Assembly: GCA_963785725.1 (NCBI GenBank)
Contig: CAWAWS010000022.1
Span: 192,001-256,000, forward strand
Direction of reading: 5' to 3'
DNA length: 64,000 bases
Source of the DNA: an uncultured delta proteobacterium
GTDB taxonomy: Bacteria; Myxococcota_A; Polyangia; Palsa-1104
Shown: positions 43,128 through 53,457 of the stretch, one piece after another
Numbering within the stretch: the first letter of the stretch is position 1
Layout of the letters: each line of letters opens with the position of its first letter
Program-made: the position numbers and the translations under genes
The notes under the pieces: model-generated
The model's input: only the letters and a program-made list of their open reading frames with translations
Told to the model about the DNA's origin: nothing
Databases searched by the model: none

Positions 43128-43275
43128 TACAGCATCTGGCCGACGTAGATGTCATTCCCGTCTGGATCGCGCACGGTCGCTCCCCACATGTTGCCGTCGT
43201 TATTGAGCGAAGCGGCGAGCGACTGCCCTGTCGCAACGATCGCCGCGACGAACTCGTCGATGCGACCTCGGTACC
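43128..43275 (-). pseudogene. VOC/glyoxalase C-terminal fragment
   Basis: IDEFVAAIVATG...MWGATVRDPDGNDIYVGQML*. Confidence 0.4.
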
Positions 43276-43278
43276 GGT

Positions 43279-43920
43279 TTGGTGCTGGCTTGTGCCGTCA
43301 CGCCCGCCAATCGGCCCGAGGACGAGGTTGGCGCCGCGCTCGCGGCCGACCTCTCACGACTCGACCATTCGCCCGATGAGCTGCAGATCGATCGCGCCTA
43401 TATCCACAGCGAGCTAACGATGAATGTCCTGGCGCGTGACGGCGCCGTCATTTGCAAGCCATGGAGCGGCAACAATGGCAGGACGGGCTTGTTCGGCAAG
43501 CGCGACTTCCAGATCGACGTCCGCGCCAACACCATCACTTGTCCCGCTGGCCAGACCGAAACCTTCGTGCCGGGCGAGACTGTGCAGTTTGATCCCGAGG
43601 TCTGCGGCGCCTGCCATGTACGCGCACAATGCACTCGCGCCGCCGCCGGGACAGGCCGGTCGGTGCAAATGAACGCCGACGAGGCCCTGCAGAAACGATT
43701 GCGTCGCTTCCAGAGCACCCGTTCAGGCCGCGAGCGTCTTCGCCAGCGCGTTGGCGTCGAGCATTCCCTGGCCCACATCAGCAACCGGCAAGGCCCGCGC
43801 GCTCGCTATCGGGGCCTGCGCAAGAACGCTTTCGACCTACGCCGCCTCGCCGCCATCCAGAACCTCGAAACCGTCGCTCGTACCGCCGCGTGAGCGTGCG
43901 CTAACATGTTCGGCGCTCTA
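43279..43920 (+). mobile_element. IS1182-like transposase C-terminal fragment with probable right end
   Basis: IDRAY, CPAG, CGAC...CT, LRQRVGVEHSLAH, ARYRGLRKN; candidate IR tgttcggcgctcta at 43907-43920. Confidence 0.75.
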
Positions 43921-45261
43921 GCGGCTGCTCAAAGCTTCGCAGCGGATGGCATTCACAAAGGTTGGGCAGGCGGACCATGAAGGTGCGGCGGCTTCCGCTT
44001 CCGCTTTCGCTTTCGTCTTCGCCGGCGTCTTCGCTTTCGCCTTCGCCTTTGTGCGCGGTTTTGCCGCGGGCTTCTTCTTGCCCTTGCCCGACGTGACCTC
44101 GAGTGCCGCGAGCGTGTAGAGGTAGCCGAAGGTGGCCTCGTTGCCGAAGTAGCCGGTATCCGAGAGCATCCCCTCGTACACGATGGTCGCAGCGGCGCGT
44201 TTGCGGATCACCCAGTGCTCCCGGCGCACTCCATCGAGCACGTACTCGCCGAGCGTGCTCACCTCGCTGAGCTCTTCAATCCATTCACCCTCGACCTCCT
44301 GAGTGAAGCTGACCGCCTGCCGTAGGCCCGCGATGACGTCGGCGGGGATCGCGCGGGAAAGGCGTGTGAGATCCCATTTGATGTCGGGAAAGCGCGCGCT
44401 GCGATCTTCGTCCACGACCATGCAGGCGCGCACCGCGACCGCCAATCCGGCCTCGCGCAGCGTCTCGGCGATCTCTCGGTCGGCGCCGCGCAAGGTCTCG
44501 ATCGGCTGTGGTTGGGCCCCGTCGGTGATCACCTGGCGCGTGCACGCAATGAGAAGCGGTTCGCCCTTGGCCAGCACGAGCTTGCTCGTCGCCGCGCGAA
44601 GCTTGGCCAGCCGCTTGTCGCGCGTGGCGTCGACGCGTGGGCGGTCGGAGCACGCGAGCGAGTAGACGAGCGTGACTCGCGCGCCCCCGCTGACCGGCTT
44701 GACGGCGTGGTCGACATCGCTGAACAGGGCCACCCACGGCACCTCGTGAGGATCGGGCGTGCCGCTCCAGTCGATCACCTTGGTGCGTCCGGCATCGGCA
44801 ATCTCGAACTGCCCCCCTTGGTGAGCGATTGGCAGTCCTACCACCAGAGTCCCGACGAGGTTCGCGGTCCGCGGCGTGTCCTTGTGGCGCGCGAACAGTC
44901 CGCCTTCTGGATAAAGGATCACGTCCTCGAGCGTGGCGTCGAGATGCATGCGCGGCGACAGCGCCGCCTCGATGGCACCGAGCACCCGCGCCGGGTCGAA
45001 GCCTGTAACCTCTGCCCGGCCACGGGCCGCCAGGCGCTTGGCGTGGCGCACGTTCTTGTCGAGCTTGGTTTTGCCGCCCTCGCCGAACGGCGCCTCCTCT
45101 GCGTGCGCCACCAGCCAGTCGACGAAGCCGCGCTCGGAGACAACGCCGACGTCTCCGTCCGGTAGCCGGATCGCGAGGGCGCTATTTAGGCGACAGGCGC
45201 CCTTGCAAAAGATCGGGTCGGCCAGCTCCTCCAGTGCGGACAATAGCGCGTCGGTGGTCAT
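43918..45261 (-). CDS. 2OG-Fe(II) oxygenase superfamily protein with Lys/Ala-rich tail
   Basis: LYPEGGLFARHKDT (HxD), GTLVV, HQGG, FSDVDHAVKPVSGGARVTLVY. Confidence 0.85.
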   Translation of the reverse strand: MTTDALLSALEELADPIFCKGACRLNSALAIRLPDGDVGVVSERGFVDWLVAHAEEAPFGEGGKTKLDKNVRHAKRLAARGRAEVTGFDPARVLGAIEAALSPRMHLDATLEDVILYPEGGLFARHKDTPRTANLVGTLVVGLPIAHQGGQFEIADAGRTKVIDWSGTPDPHEVPWVALFSDVDHAVKPVSGGARVTLVYSLACSDRPRVDATRDKRLAKLRAATSKLVLAKGEPLLIACTRQVITDGAQPQPIETLRGADREIAETLREAGLAVAVRACMVVDEDRSARFPDIKWDLTRLSRAIPADVIAGLRQAVSFTQEVEGEWIEELSEVSTLGEYVLDGVRREHWVIRKRAAATIVYEGMLSDTGYFGNEATFGYLYTLAALEVTSGKGKKKPAAKPRTKAKAKAKTPAKTKAKAEAEAAAPSWSACPTFVNAIRCEALSSR

Positions 45262-45680
45262 TGCCGCCAAGTGTGTACCGAGCGCAGTGATCCTGTCGAC
45301 AGCGTCGGTGACGCGGATTCAAGAGCAGCCTGAGGGAGGCAACCGCCGCCCCACCGGCGGATCGGTTCGATAGAGCGGGATCCTGCCGCCGACAAAGGAA
45401 GGGGTTCGGACCGAAAATGTGACTAAACCCCAAAGGTCTTTTGCCGCCCGGCCTTGCGCGTCGTTTGGCCAAAATGCACGCCTTCGTGGTCACTGGGCCG
45501 ATCAGCCGTTTCCCGTTCGACAAGCCGCGTCTCGTCGGACGGAGACTTTCATCCTTCAATGTTGCCTGCTCGCCCGTACAGTGATCAACTAGGATTCAAA
45601 AGCTTGGCGGTCGTTGCAGGCGCTCTGGCACACGACTCCTGGTGCTCTGGGCTCTGGAACCGGATTTAGTGTCGTGCTCG

Positions 45681-45758
45681 TGCACAAATATCAAATTTTA
45701 TTTAAGTATTGTGCAGTATCTGTTGCACGAAACTAAAATCTGGTTTACCTTTTGTGCA
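45681..45758. promoter_or_regulatory. Tandem inverted-repeat operator upstream of abiEi
   Basis: tgcacaa-N21-ttgtgca (45681-45715) and tgcacga-N21-ttgtgca (45724-45758) in an AT-rich patch. Confidence 0.75.
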
Positions 45759-46342
45759 TGGATTCGGGTCGAACCGCCCGTCCGGACTGGAACCGCCTGT
45801 TCGAGACCGCGGCAGGCCAGGAGGGGCTGTTCACGACACAACAAGCGGCAGAGGCTGGCTACTCGCCGCAGCTACTCACCCACTACGTTCACGCTCGGAA
45901 GGCCATCCGGATTTGGCGGAGCATCTACCGGCTTGTGCACTTCCCGCCAGGGGAACACGAGGAGCTCGTTGCCGCCTGGCTCTGGTCCGAGTCGGCAGGC
46001 GTTGTCTCGCATCAGAGTGCCCTCTCGCTCCACAGACTGTCTGATGCGCTTCCCGCGCACATCCATATCACGCTGCCGGCCGCATGGCGGCGGCGCCGCT
46101 TTCGCGTTCCGCCCGACATCGTTCTTCACCACGCTGACGTGCCACCGGAAGATCGTTCCTGGTTCGGTGCCGTGCCGACGACCAACCCGCGGCGCACGCT
46201 GAACGACTGCGCAAAGGACGGGTTCTCCCCCGAACTTCTTCGGCAAGCCGTCCAGCAGGCGCTCCGTCGCGGGCTAGTTACAAAGACCGAGCTCGCAGAC
46301 GTCTACGCCGCGCTCGCACCTTTCGGAGGGCTCGCTGCATGA
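45758..46342 (+). CDS. abiEi: Type IV TA antitoxin, AbiEi family
   Basis: AAGQEGLFTTQQA...RSIYRL (wHTH), VSHQSALSLH, TNPRRTLNDC. Confidence 0.9.
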   Translation: MDSGRTARPDWNRLFETAAGQEGLFTTQQAAEAGYSPQLLTHYVHARKAIRIWRSIYRLVHFPPGEHEELVAAWLWSESAGVVSHQSALSLHRLSDALPAHIHITLPAAWRRRRFRVPPDIVLHHADVPPEDRSWFGAVPTTNPRRTLNDCAKDGFSPELLRQAVQQALRRGLVTKTELADVYAALAPFGGLAA

Positions 46343-47241
46343 TGCCCCGCACGTACCCCTCTCCTCAGGCATTCAAGCAGGCGCTCGAACAACGCCTCCG
46401 CGACGCCTCCCAAAGCGGTGCCGAGTTTGTTCGTAAGCGGCAGCTCCTCGTGTTCGATCGCTTTCTCGCGCGCATCGTCGCGGTGCTTGGAGATACGGCG
46501 ACATTGAAGGGGGGGCTCGTCCTCGAGCTGCGCCTCGAACGGGCGCGCACCACCAAAGACGTGGATCTACGCATCGTCGGCTCGCCAGACGACTTACTCT
46601 CGAAGCTTCAAGAAGCGGGACGGCTCGACCTCCGCGACTTCATAATCTTCGAGGTCGTGCCTGACGACGATCACCCCGAGATCCAGAACGACGGGATGCA
46701 GTACGAGGGGCTCCGCTTCCGCGCCGAGTGCAGGCTCGCAGGCAAGCTTTACGGGCAGTCTTTCGGCGTGGACGTGGCCTTCGGTGATCCAATCCTTGGC
46801 GAGCCCGACGTCATGGTTGCAGAGGACGTTCTTGCCTTCGCCGGCATCCAACCACCGACGCTACGGCTCTACCCTATCGAAACCCACGTTGCGGAGAAGT
46901 TCCACGCGTACACAATGCCTCGATCGCGGCCGAATTCGCGCGTGAAGGATCTGCCGGACCTGGCACTGCTCGCGACCGCGCGGTCTTTCGACGCCACACG
47001 CCTGCGGGCCGCACTCGAACAAACCTTCACGTTTCGCAGGACGCATGCGCTACCCGCAGCCGTGCCCACGCCGCTCGAAGCATGGACAACGCCCTACGCA
47101 GCGATGGCCCGCCAGGACCAACTTCACTGGCCGACCCTCGACGCCGTCACGACGGCGACGCGGGCGTTCCTTGACCCCGTGCTGGTCGGCGATCTCGACG
47201 TCACATGGGATCCATCAACATGGAAGTGGAGCACGAGATGA
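46339..47241 (+). CDS. abiEii: Type IV TA toxin, AbiEii nucleotidyltransferase
   Basis: LKGGLVL...RTTKDVD, AEKFHA, SRVKDLPD; ATGA overlap with antitoxin. Confidence 0.92.
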   Translation: MMPRTYPSPQAFKQALEQRLRDASQSGAEFVRKRQLLVFDRFLARIVAVLGDTATLKGGLVLELRLERARTTKDVDLRIVGSPDDLLSKLQEAGRLDLRDFIIFEVVPDDDHPEIQNDGMQYEGLRFRAECRLAGKLYGQSFGVDVAFGDPILGEPDVMVAEDVLAFAGIQPPTLRLYPIETHVAEKFHAYTMPRSRPNSRVKDLPDLALLATARSFDATRLRAALEQTFTFRRTHALPAAVPTPLEAWTTPYAAMARQDQLHWPTLDAVTTATRAFLDPVLVGDLDVTWDPSTWKWSTR

Positions 47242-47450
47242 GCACGCTCGTCTGGAGCGGACCTTTCCGCGTCCGTGATCTACTCGACGCCTGTCTCGAT
47301 GACGACCAGCCGTAGCCCCCGGCCTCTCAGGGGGTCTACCTCGTTTCGCGCGATCAATAGCGAGACGTTCCGACCGCTGCGTGCCGCCCCTCTACTTTGG
47401 CGGGAACACGGGTAGCTCCCAACGCTTCTGCACGCGCGTTGCGCTCCGGC
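47238..47450 (+). pseudogene. GIY-YIG-like nuclease remnant coupled to abiEii
   Basis: MSTLVWSGPFRVRDLL...QP*PPASQGVYLVSRDQ*...PLYFGGNTGSSQRFCTRV; TAG at 47313 and 47358. Confidence 0.5.
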
Positions 47451-47703
47451 CGCAGCGGCGGGCGAGGACGTCTTTTCGGCCGGTTGGTCGGCGTCTACGC
47501 CGGCAGAGCAAGCAGGCGCTCAGTGGGACAGACAGCCAGGGTTCATTCGGTCCTCCTGTCAATCAAGGTAACTCCCCGAAACAGGATCGCTGTCTACCCG
47601 TGATTCACGCGATTCGAGCTCGCTGTTCGCAGCGGCATTGCAAGCGCGCAGAACAAAGTGGCTGTGAGAAAGACGAGTGCTCAATGTCGCCTAAGCGGAG
47701 GAT

Positions 47704-48001
47704 CTACCGCCAGGCCCGGGCGACGATTTGCCGGGCGTCGCGTGTGATGACGTCGCCGTGCGAGAGGATCGCACGCTCGAAGTCCCATGCGAGGATGCGC
47801 TCCATGCCCCCGCGTACTCGCGTCTTTTCGCCCCAGACGAACCGGTACTCGGGTGCCGGGCTGGGCCGGTTTCACATGCCGAGCGCGCGAAAAAAGATCC
47901 GGAGGAACAAGTCAGTGCCGGGCGTGGCCGACGTGAAGTTCTCGACGAGGTCGACGAGGATGAGGGTGCGGGTCGTGCGGTGAAGAAGGCGACCTCGCGC
48001 A
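47704..48001 (-). pseudogene. DUF4336-like C-terminal fragment truncated by IS21 end
   Basis: HRTTRTLILVDLVENF...GM*NRPSPAPEYRF...ERILAWDFERAILSHGD. Confidence 0.65.
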
Positions 48002-48535
48002 TGTCAGGCGATCCTTAAACTGACCCCCAAACGATCCTAAAACTGACCCCTCCCCCGCGCCGGCCGGGAGCCGGCAGGAGGAGCGGATGGGAACAGCAAG
48101 GCTGCAGGACGTCGTCACGACGGGCACTCCGGTGGTGATGGTCGAGCCAGAGATTGTGCGGCAGATCCACGCGCTGACAGCGCTACGCTGGGGCGCCAAG
48201 CGCATCGCGCAGGCGCTCGGAATCGCCAAGGGCACCGTGAAGCGATATCGAGTGGGTGGCGCCGACGCCGAGGTGCAGCGGCGGCCCACACGTCGTGGCC
48301 TCGACGAGGCGCAGCGAGCGAAAGCACGGGAGTTGTTCGACACGACGGCCGAGGGTAATGCCGTGGTCGTGACGCAGCTTCTCGCCGAGACGGGCATCGA
48401 CTTGGATATCCGTGTCGTGCAGCGCGTCCTGCAGCGCATCGGCTGACGAAGCGTGCGGCCGAATCAGCGACGGTACGCTTCGAGACGGAGCCGGGACACC
48501 AGCTCCAGATCGACTTCGGCGAGAAGCACGTCGTC
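48002..48535 (+). mobile_element. istA: IS21-family left end and truncated transposase
   Basis: Starts TGTC; tandem cgatcct(t/a)aaactgacccc repeats; GAKRIAQALGIAKGTVKRY HTH; RFETEPGHQLQIDFG. Confidence 0.85.
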
Positions 48536-48787
48536 GTACGCGCCTGGCGCTCGCGCTCGAGCACGTAGGCATCGACCGCGCGAGCGCCCGTCGGCGTCCG
48601 ACGTTTAAGTGCTTCTTGTGGGGCCTGAGCTCGTCGGGAATTCGGCGCTTGCCGAGACGACCGTGGACGCCGTCGCGAAAGCCGAACGAATACTTTGGAT
48701 CAAGCGGGTCGAGCGCTTCTTCGCTCACATCAGAAGCGGCCGGCTCGGGGCCCTCGTTGGGCGTGTGAATTGCAGGAAGCATTGATC

Positions 48788-49411
48788 ATGAGAATGAACC
48801 TGGAAGTTCTGGTGATACCTGTCTCTGACGTCGATCGAGCCAAGCGCTTCTATGAGAAACTGGGATTCCGTTTGGATATCGACAGCGACGACGGCAGCAA
48901 GAGCTACCGACTGATCGAATACACTCCTCCCGGCTCGGGAGCGTCGATCATCTTCGGCAAAGGGGTCACATCGGCCCGTCCGGGTTCGATCGACCGCCTG
49001 GTTCTGACGGTATCCGACCTCGACGCGGTCCGCGCCAAGCTCCTCTCGCAAGGGATCACAGTCAGTGAGGTGTTCCACGACATCGGCGGCGGCCTCGGCG
49101 GCGGTTTTCACGCAGACACCGAAGCGCGCGCGCCGGGTCCAGATCCCCAAGGTCGTTCCTACGGCTCGTATGCCTCGTTCAGCGATCCCGACGGCAATGT
49201 TTGGCTGCTGCAGCAGATTACCAAGCGGCTTCCGGGACGCGTGGAGGCTCCGGCGTTCGCCTCTGCGGGCGAGTTGGCGAGTGCGCTCCGACGTGCAGAG
49301 GCGGCGCACGGCAAACATGAAGCCCAACTCGGTAGACGAGACGAGAACTGGCCGGACTGGTATGCGGAGTACATGCTTCGGGAGCAGTCAGGCGAAGAGT
49401 CGGCGGCATGA
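48788..49411 (+). CDS. VOC/glyoxalase-family protein with C-terminal extension
   Basis: IPVSDVDRAKRFY...FSDPDGNVWLLQ...ALRRAEAAHGKHE...WPDWYAEYM. Confidence 0.9.
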   Translation: MRMNLEVLVIPVSDVDRAKRFYEKLGFRLDIDSDDGSKSYRLIEYTPPGSGASIIFGKGVTSARPGSIDRLVLTVSDLDAVRAKLLSQGITVSEVFHDIGGGLGGGFHADTEARAPGPDPQGRSYGSYASFSDPDGNVWLLQQITKRLPGRVEAPAFASAGELASALRRAEAAHGKHEAQLGRRDENWPDWYAEYMLREQSGEESAA

Positions 49412-49478
49412 CAAACAGATTTGAAAACAACTGGACCCCGTTCGACGAGACGCGTCTTGTCGAACGGGTACGGCGGAA

Positions 49479-50076
49479 TCAGTAGGAGAGCAGCATGGGC
49501 CGCTTCTTGCGGACGGCCAGCCGCGCCAGCTGCAGATATCCGGCAAACGCGTACCGCATGGTGGCTTCGAGCGGATCGCGCGCTGCCAACTCGTCGTCGG
49601 GCTCGGTGAGCCACTGTTGCAGCTGCGCCTTGGTCGCGTGGAAGCGCTCGGCGTCGAGCAGCTCGAGCTGGCGAACCAACGCCACCGCCGACGCGAAGGT
49701 GCGCGCCTCACCCGTCGGAATCTTTGAGCCGCACCCGCACCTCGAAGTCGCACGGCAGCCAGACACTGGGACCGATGATGGCCGGGAACCGCGACCGGAA
49801 GCCTTTCCGCGTCGAGGCGATCCAGGCCTTGTCCTTGGTCAGCTGCTTGGGCGGCTGGGTTGGCCGCTTCAGGTGCGGTTGCATGTGATACGCGGCCGCC
49901 AGGTGCAACGCGTCCAGGCCGGCGAAGCTGCCCAGCTGCTCGACGGCGATGGGCTCCGCGTCGCGCTCACTCCACGTGCACGGGATCTTCAGCCGGGCTT
50001 GCAGCTTCTCGAGCCACGCGCCGGCTTCGGAGCCGTAGTAGCTCTTCAGTGTTCCGACATGAACGTCGAGCGACAT
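49479..50076 (-). pseudogene. Hypothetical protein with one frameshift near 49730
   Basis: MSLDVHVGTLKSYY...VWLPCDF continues in another frame as ...FASAVALVRQL...RPMLLSY. Confidence 0.55.
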
Positions 50077-50527
50077 GCGCCAGCCTACCGCATTGACGTC
50101 GCCGCCGTCGACGTTGCCGACGAGCAATCAATTCTTCCGGCCCACCGCTTCCCGGCGCGATGCCTTCTGTAGAACCAATTGCAGATAACGACGCACTTGC
50201 GGCAACGTCGACTTCACTTGGCGCCGGGGGAAAAGCGCCCGGCGAAGGGCGAAGAATCCGTGTGCGACCGCACGTCCATCGATCTGCTGAGGGGCGAGCG
50301 CGATCTACGGACGCGCCCGGCACGGCGATCGAGAGTCGCGCCAAGCCGCTGACCGCGGCGCTGGCGTTCGTGGGCGCGATTCCCTGACGTGATTTAGCGC
50401 TGCGAAACCAGCCCGGGGACGACAAGTCGCGCGACTCAATGCGGTCGATCACACGCGCGGCGCCGAGGAAGGTGATTCCCGTGTGTTAGAATCGTGTCTT
50501 ACTTTGGGGGATAGCTTGCGCAACTCG

Positions 50528-51139
50528 ATGTGGATCTTGCTCGCGCTGGTGCTGCTTTTGCCGCGCGTGGCCGCTGCCGACGACACGGCGTCCGTCAAGC
50601 GGCTCTTCGTCTCCGGCAGTAAGCACTTCGATCTCGGCGAATATCGTGACGCGCTGAGCGACTTCAAAGAAGGGTTTCGCCTCAATGACGATCCCGTCTT
50701 TCTCTACAACATCGCGCAGTGCCATCGGCTGTTGAACGAGAACGCGGAGGCCATTCGCAGCTATCGCGTCTACCTGCGCCGTCGGCCGAACGCGCCCAAT
50801 CGCGCCGAGGTCGAGCAGAAGATCGCGTCGCTGGAATCAGTGATGGCCGAGCAGCAAAAGGCGATGAACGCGCCGCCCAATCACGTGTTGCCGCCCGATC
50901 ATGCGGCCAACGCGCCGACGCCGGTCGAGCCTGCGACCACGACGCCGCCGGCCACGGTGACGCCGGTTGTCGCGGTCACGGCCGCGCCGGCGCCGAACGA
51001 TCGAACGCCCGTGTACAAAAAGTGGTGGTTGTGGACGATCGTCGGTGGCGTGGTCGTCGTCGGAGTCGGCGTCGGGCTCGGCATCGGCTTGTCGCACGGC
51101 GGCAGCTCGTCGGGCAGCTTTCCTGCGGTGCAGTTCTGA
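50528..51139 (+). CDS. Myxobacterial-type TPR protein with C-terminal membrane anchor
   Basis: Signal peptide, FDLGEY..AL..F...LYNIAQCHR, Pro-rich linker, PVYKKWWLWT + TM. Confidence 0.88.
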   Translation: MWILLALVLLLPRVAAADDTASVKRLFVSGSKHFDLGEYRDALSDFKEGFRLNDDPVFLYNIAQCHRLLNENAEAIRSYRVYLRRRPNAPNRAEVEQKIASLESVMAEQQKAMNAPPNHVLPPDHAANAPTPVEPATTTPPATVTPVVAVTAAPAPNDRTPVYKKWWLWTIVGGVVVVGVGVGLGIGLSHGGSSSGSFPAVQF

Positions 51140-53457
51140 TGCGCGGCGGTTGCATGATCCTGCTCGCCGTCAGCGCGTTCGCCGGCGGTTGCGGCGGCAA
51201 CGACGATGTCTGCGCGGGCGTGAGCGGCACCTGCGTCGCGCTGACCGTCGAGTCGACGACGGTGCTCGCGGTCGACAGCTTGCACATCGTCGCCACGGGC
51301 GCCGTCGCCGGCGCCGAGACCACGAGCGGTGCGCGGAAGAGCTTGCCCCTCCACGTCGCGCTCAAGCTGCCGGCGAGCGCGAGCGGCCGATGGAATCTGT
51401 CGATCGAAGGATTGTTGGGCGGCGTTGTCGTCGGCAGCGGACCGGCCAGCGCCGACGTCGTCCCCGGTAAGCATACGACCGCCAACTGCACGTTGACCGC
51501 CATCGGCGGCGGCGACGGAGGCAGCGACGGCGGCCTCGATCTCGCCGGCAGCGACGGCGGCGGCGACATGTCACCCGTCGTCTGCGATCCGAGCGGCGCA
51601 AAAGGCCCGGCTTGCGTGTGGCGTTGGCAGGCGCCGCTGCCCGTCGGTGAAGAGATCGTCAGCGTGCACGCGTTCGCCGACGACGACACGTTCGCGCTCA
51701 CGCAATCGGGCACGATCCTGCATCGCGACGGCAACGGCTGGAGCATCTTGCCCGCGCGTCCGACGCCGGCCACCGGCACCTTCACCGCGCGCCGCATGGC
51801 AGGCGCCACCGGCCAGCTCAGCGATCTCTACATCGTCGGGTTCAACTCGGGCACGAGCGCCACGGTCTACGAAGTCTTCCACTCGGCCGACAAAGGCGTG
51901 AGCTGGAAGGAAGAGCCGCTGCCCGCCACCGCCACCGTCGGCAACGACTCGTTCCCTGGCATCACCGTGACACCCGGCGGCGACGTCATCCTCGCCGGCG
52001 ACTTCTCGCACATCGTCACGCGCAGCCAATCGAGCGGCACCTGGACCGACTATCAGACCGACACGACCTGCGCGCCACCGTCGACCGGCTGCTCGACCAA
52101 CTACGGCGCCGTGACGTCGACCGTCGTCGCTAACGTCGCCACTTACGGCGTCAACGAGATCTCGCGCGCCAACGCCGGCACCAACAGCTGGACGCTCAAG
52201 ATCGCCGGCTCCAACGGGACCAACCCGATCCTCGCGCTCTGCGCCAACTGGGACGGCTCGTCGAACTATCGCTATTGGGGCGTCGGCTACTCGGGCGTCA
52301 TCACGACGTCGGTCGACAGCACGACCTGGAGCAGCGAGGCCAGCAACACCGCAGCGTTGCTCTATGGGTGCACCGCCATCAACAACAACAACGTCTGGGC
52401 GTTCGGCTCCAGCGGCACCATCATCGCCAGCAGCAACGGCGGCATCGCCGGCACCGGCACGTGGACCGGGCAGACGAGCGGCACGTCCAGCTTGCTGCTA
52501 AGCGGCTCGCATAGCCCGGGCACGGCGCTGACGATTGTCGGAGATTCGGGCACGATCTTGCGCTCGATGAACGGCGGCACGACGTACATCAACGAGCAGA
52601 CCGGCCCGTCGGGCACTTGGTCCGCGATCTTCGGCGTCACTCCCACCAACGTCTACGCCGCCGGCTCCAACGGCTCGATCGTGCACTCCAGCGACGGTCT
52701 CACCTGGCAGGCCATCACCAGTGGCGTCACCGCCAACTTGTATGCGCTGTGGGCCTCGTCGGCGACCGACGTCTACGCCGTCGGCACCGGCGGCACGCTC
52801 CTGCACTCGACGAATGGCAGCTCGTTCGTCAAATACGGTAACCCGACGAGCGGCGGCATTCCGGCGACGGCGACGCTCTTCGACGTCGCTGGGCTGAGCG
52901 CGAACAACGTCTTCGTGGCCGCCGACAGCGGGATCTATCGCTCGACCGACGGCGGTACGACCTTCGCGCCGGTCACGATCACCGGCTTCACCGGGACTGC
53001 AGCCACCGCGCTCTTCGCCATGAACGGCGGCTTATGGGTGGGCGGCGGCAGCGGCCAGCTCTATCACACTACCGACGGCGTCAACTTCTCGTCGCAGACG
53101 CTCACCGGTGCCGGCGCTGGCGTCGCCGTCACGCGCATTCGCGGCCGCTTACCCAACGAGCTGTACGCGACGAGCAACCAGTCCGGCTGGCTCGCTCATA
53201 CGACCAACGGCGGCACGAGCTGGACCAACGCCAACGTCCTCGCGCTCGGCGACGGCGCGCAGGATCTGGCGGTGGCGCCAACGTCGGGAGCGCTTTACGC
53301 GACGATCGGCCAGCTCGTCGTTTCCACCGACGGCGGCATGACCTTCACTTCCGTCAACAGCGCGCCGGTTCCAAACGCACAGCTAGCGCTGTACGCAGCC
53401 AGCGACTCATCCATCTTCGCGACCGACTCCGGCGGCATCGTTCACTTCGGCAACTAA
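51139..53457 (+). CDS. BNR/Asp-box beta-propeller lipoprotein
   Basis: Lipobox AGGC; repeated SxDGGxTW/F boxes; translationally coupled to the TPR gene. Confidence 0.85.
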   Translation: MRGGCMILLAVSAFAGGCGGNDDVCAGVSGTCVALTVESTTVLAVDSLHIVATGAVAGAETTSGARKSLPLHVALKLPASASGRWNLSIEGLLGGVVVGSGPASADVVPGKHTTANCTLTAIGGGDGGSDGGLDLAGSDGGGDMSPVVCDPSGAKGPACVWRWQAPLPVGEEIVSVHAFADDDTFALTQSGTILHRDGNGWSILPARPTPATGTFTARRMAGATGQLSDLYIVGFNSGTSATVYEVFHSADKGVSWKEEPLPATATVGNDSFPGITVTPGGDVILAGDFSHIVTRSQSSGTWTDYQTDTTCAPPSTGCSTNYGAVTSTVVANVATYGVNEISRANAGTNSWTLKIAGSNGTNPILALCANWDGSSNYRYWGVGYSGVITTSVDSTTWSSEASNTAALLYGCTAINNNNVWAFGSSGTIIASSNGGIAGTGTWTGQTSGTSSLLLSGSHSPGTALTIVGDSGTILRSMNGGTTYINEQTGPSGTWSAIFGVTPTNVYAAGSNGSIVHSSDGLTWQAITSGVTANLYALWASSATDVYAVGTGGTLLHSTNGSSFVKYGNPTSGGIPATATLFDVAGLSANNVFVAADSGIYRSTDGGTTFAPVTITGFTGTAATALFAMNGGLWVGGGSGQLYHTTDGVNFSSQTLTGAGAGVAVTRIRGRLPNELYATSNQSGWLAHTTNGGTSWTNANVLALGDGAQDLAVAPTSGALYATIGQLVVSTDGGMTFTSVNSAPVPNAQLALYAASDSSIFATDSGGIVHFGN

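Noticed and set aside
47313..47360. Amber recoding of the two in-frame TAGs
   Set aside because: TAG terminates clear genes in this window (e.g. both hsp20); simple TGG>TAG decay suffices.
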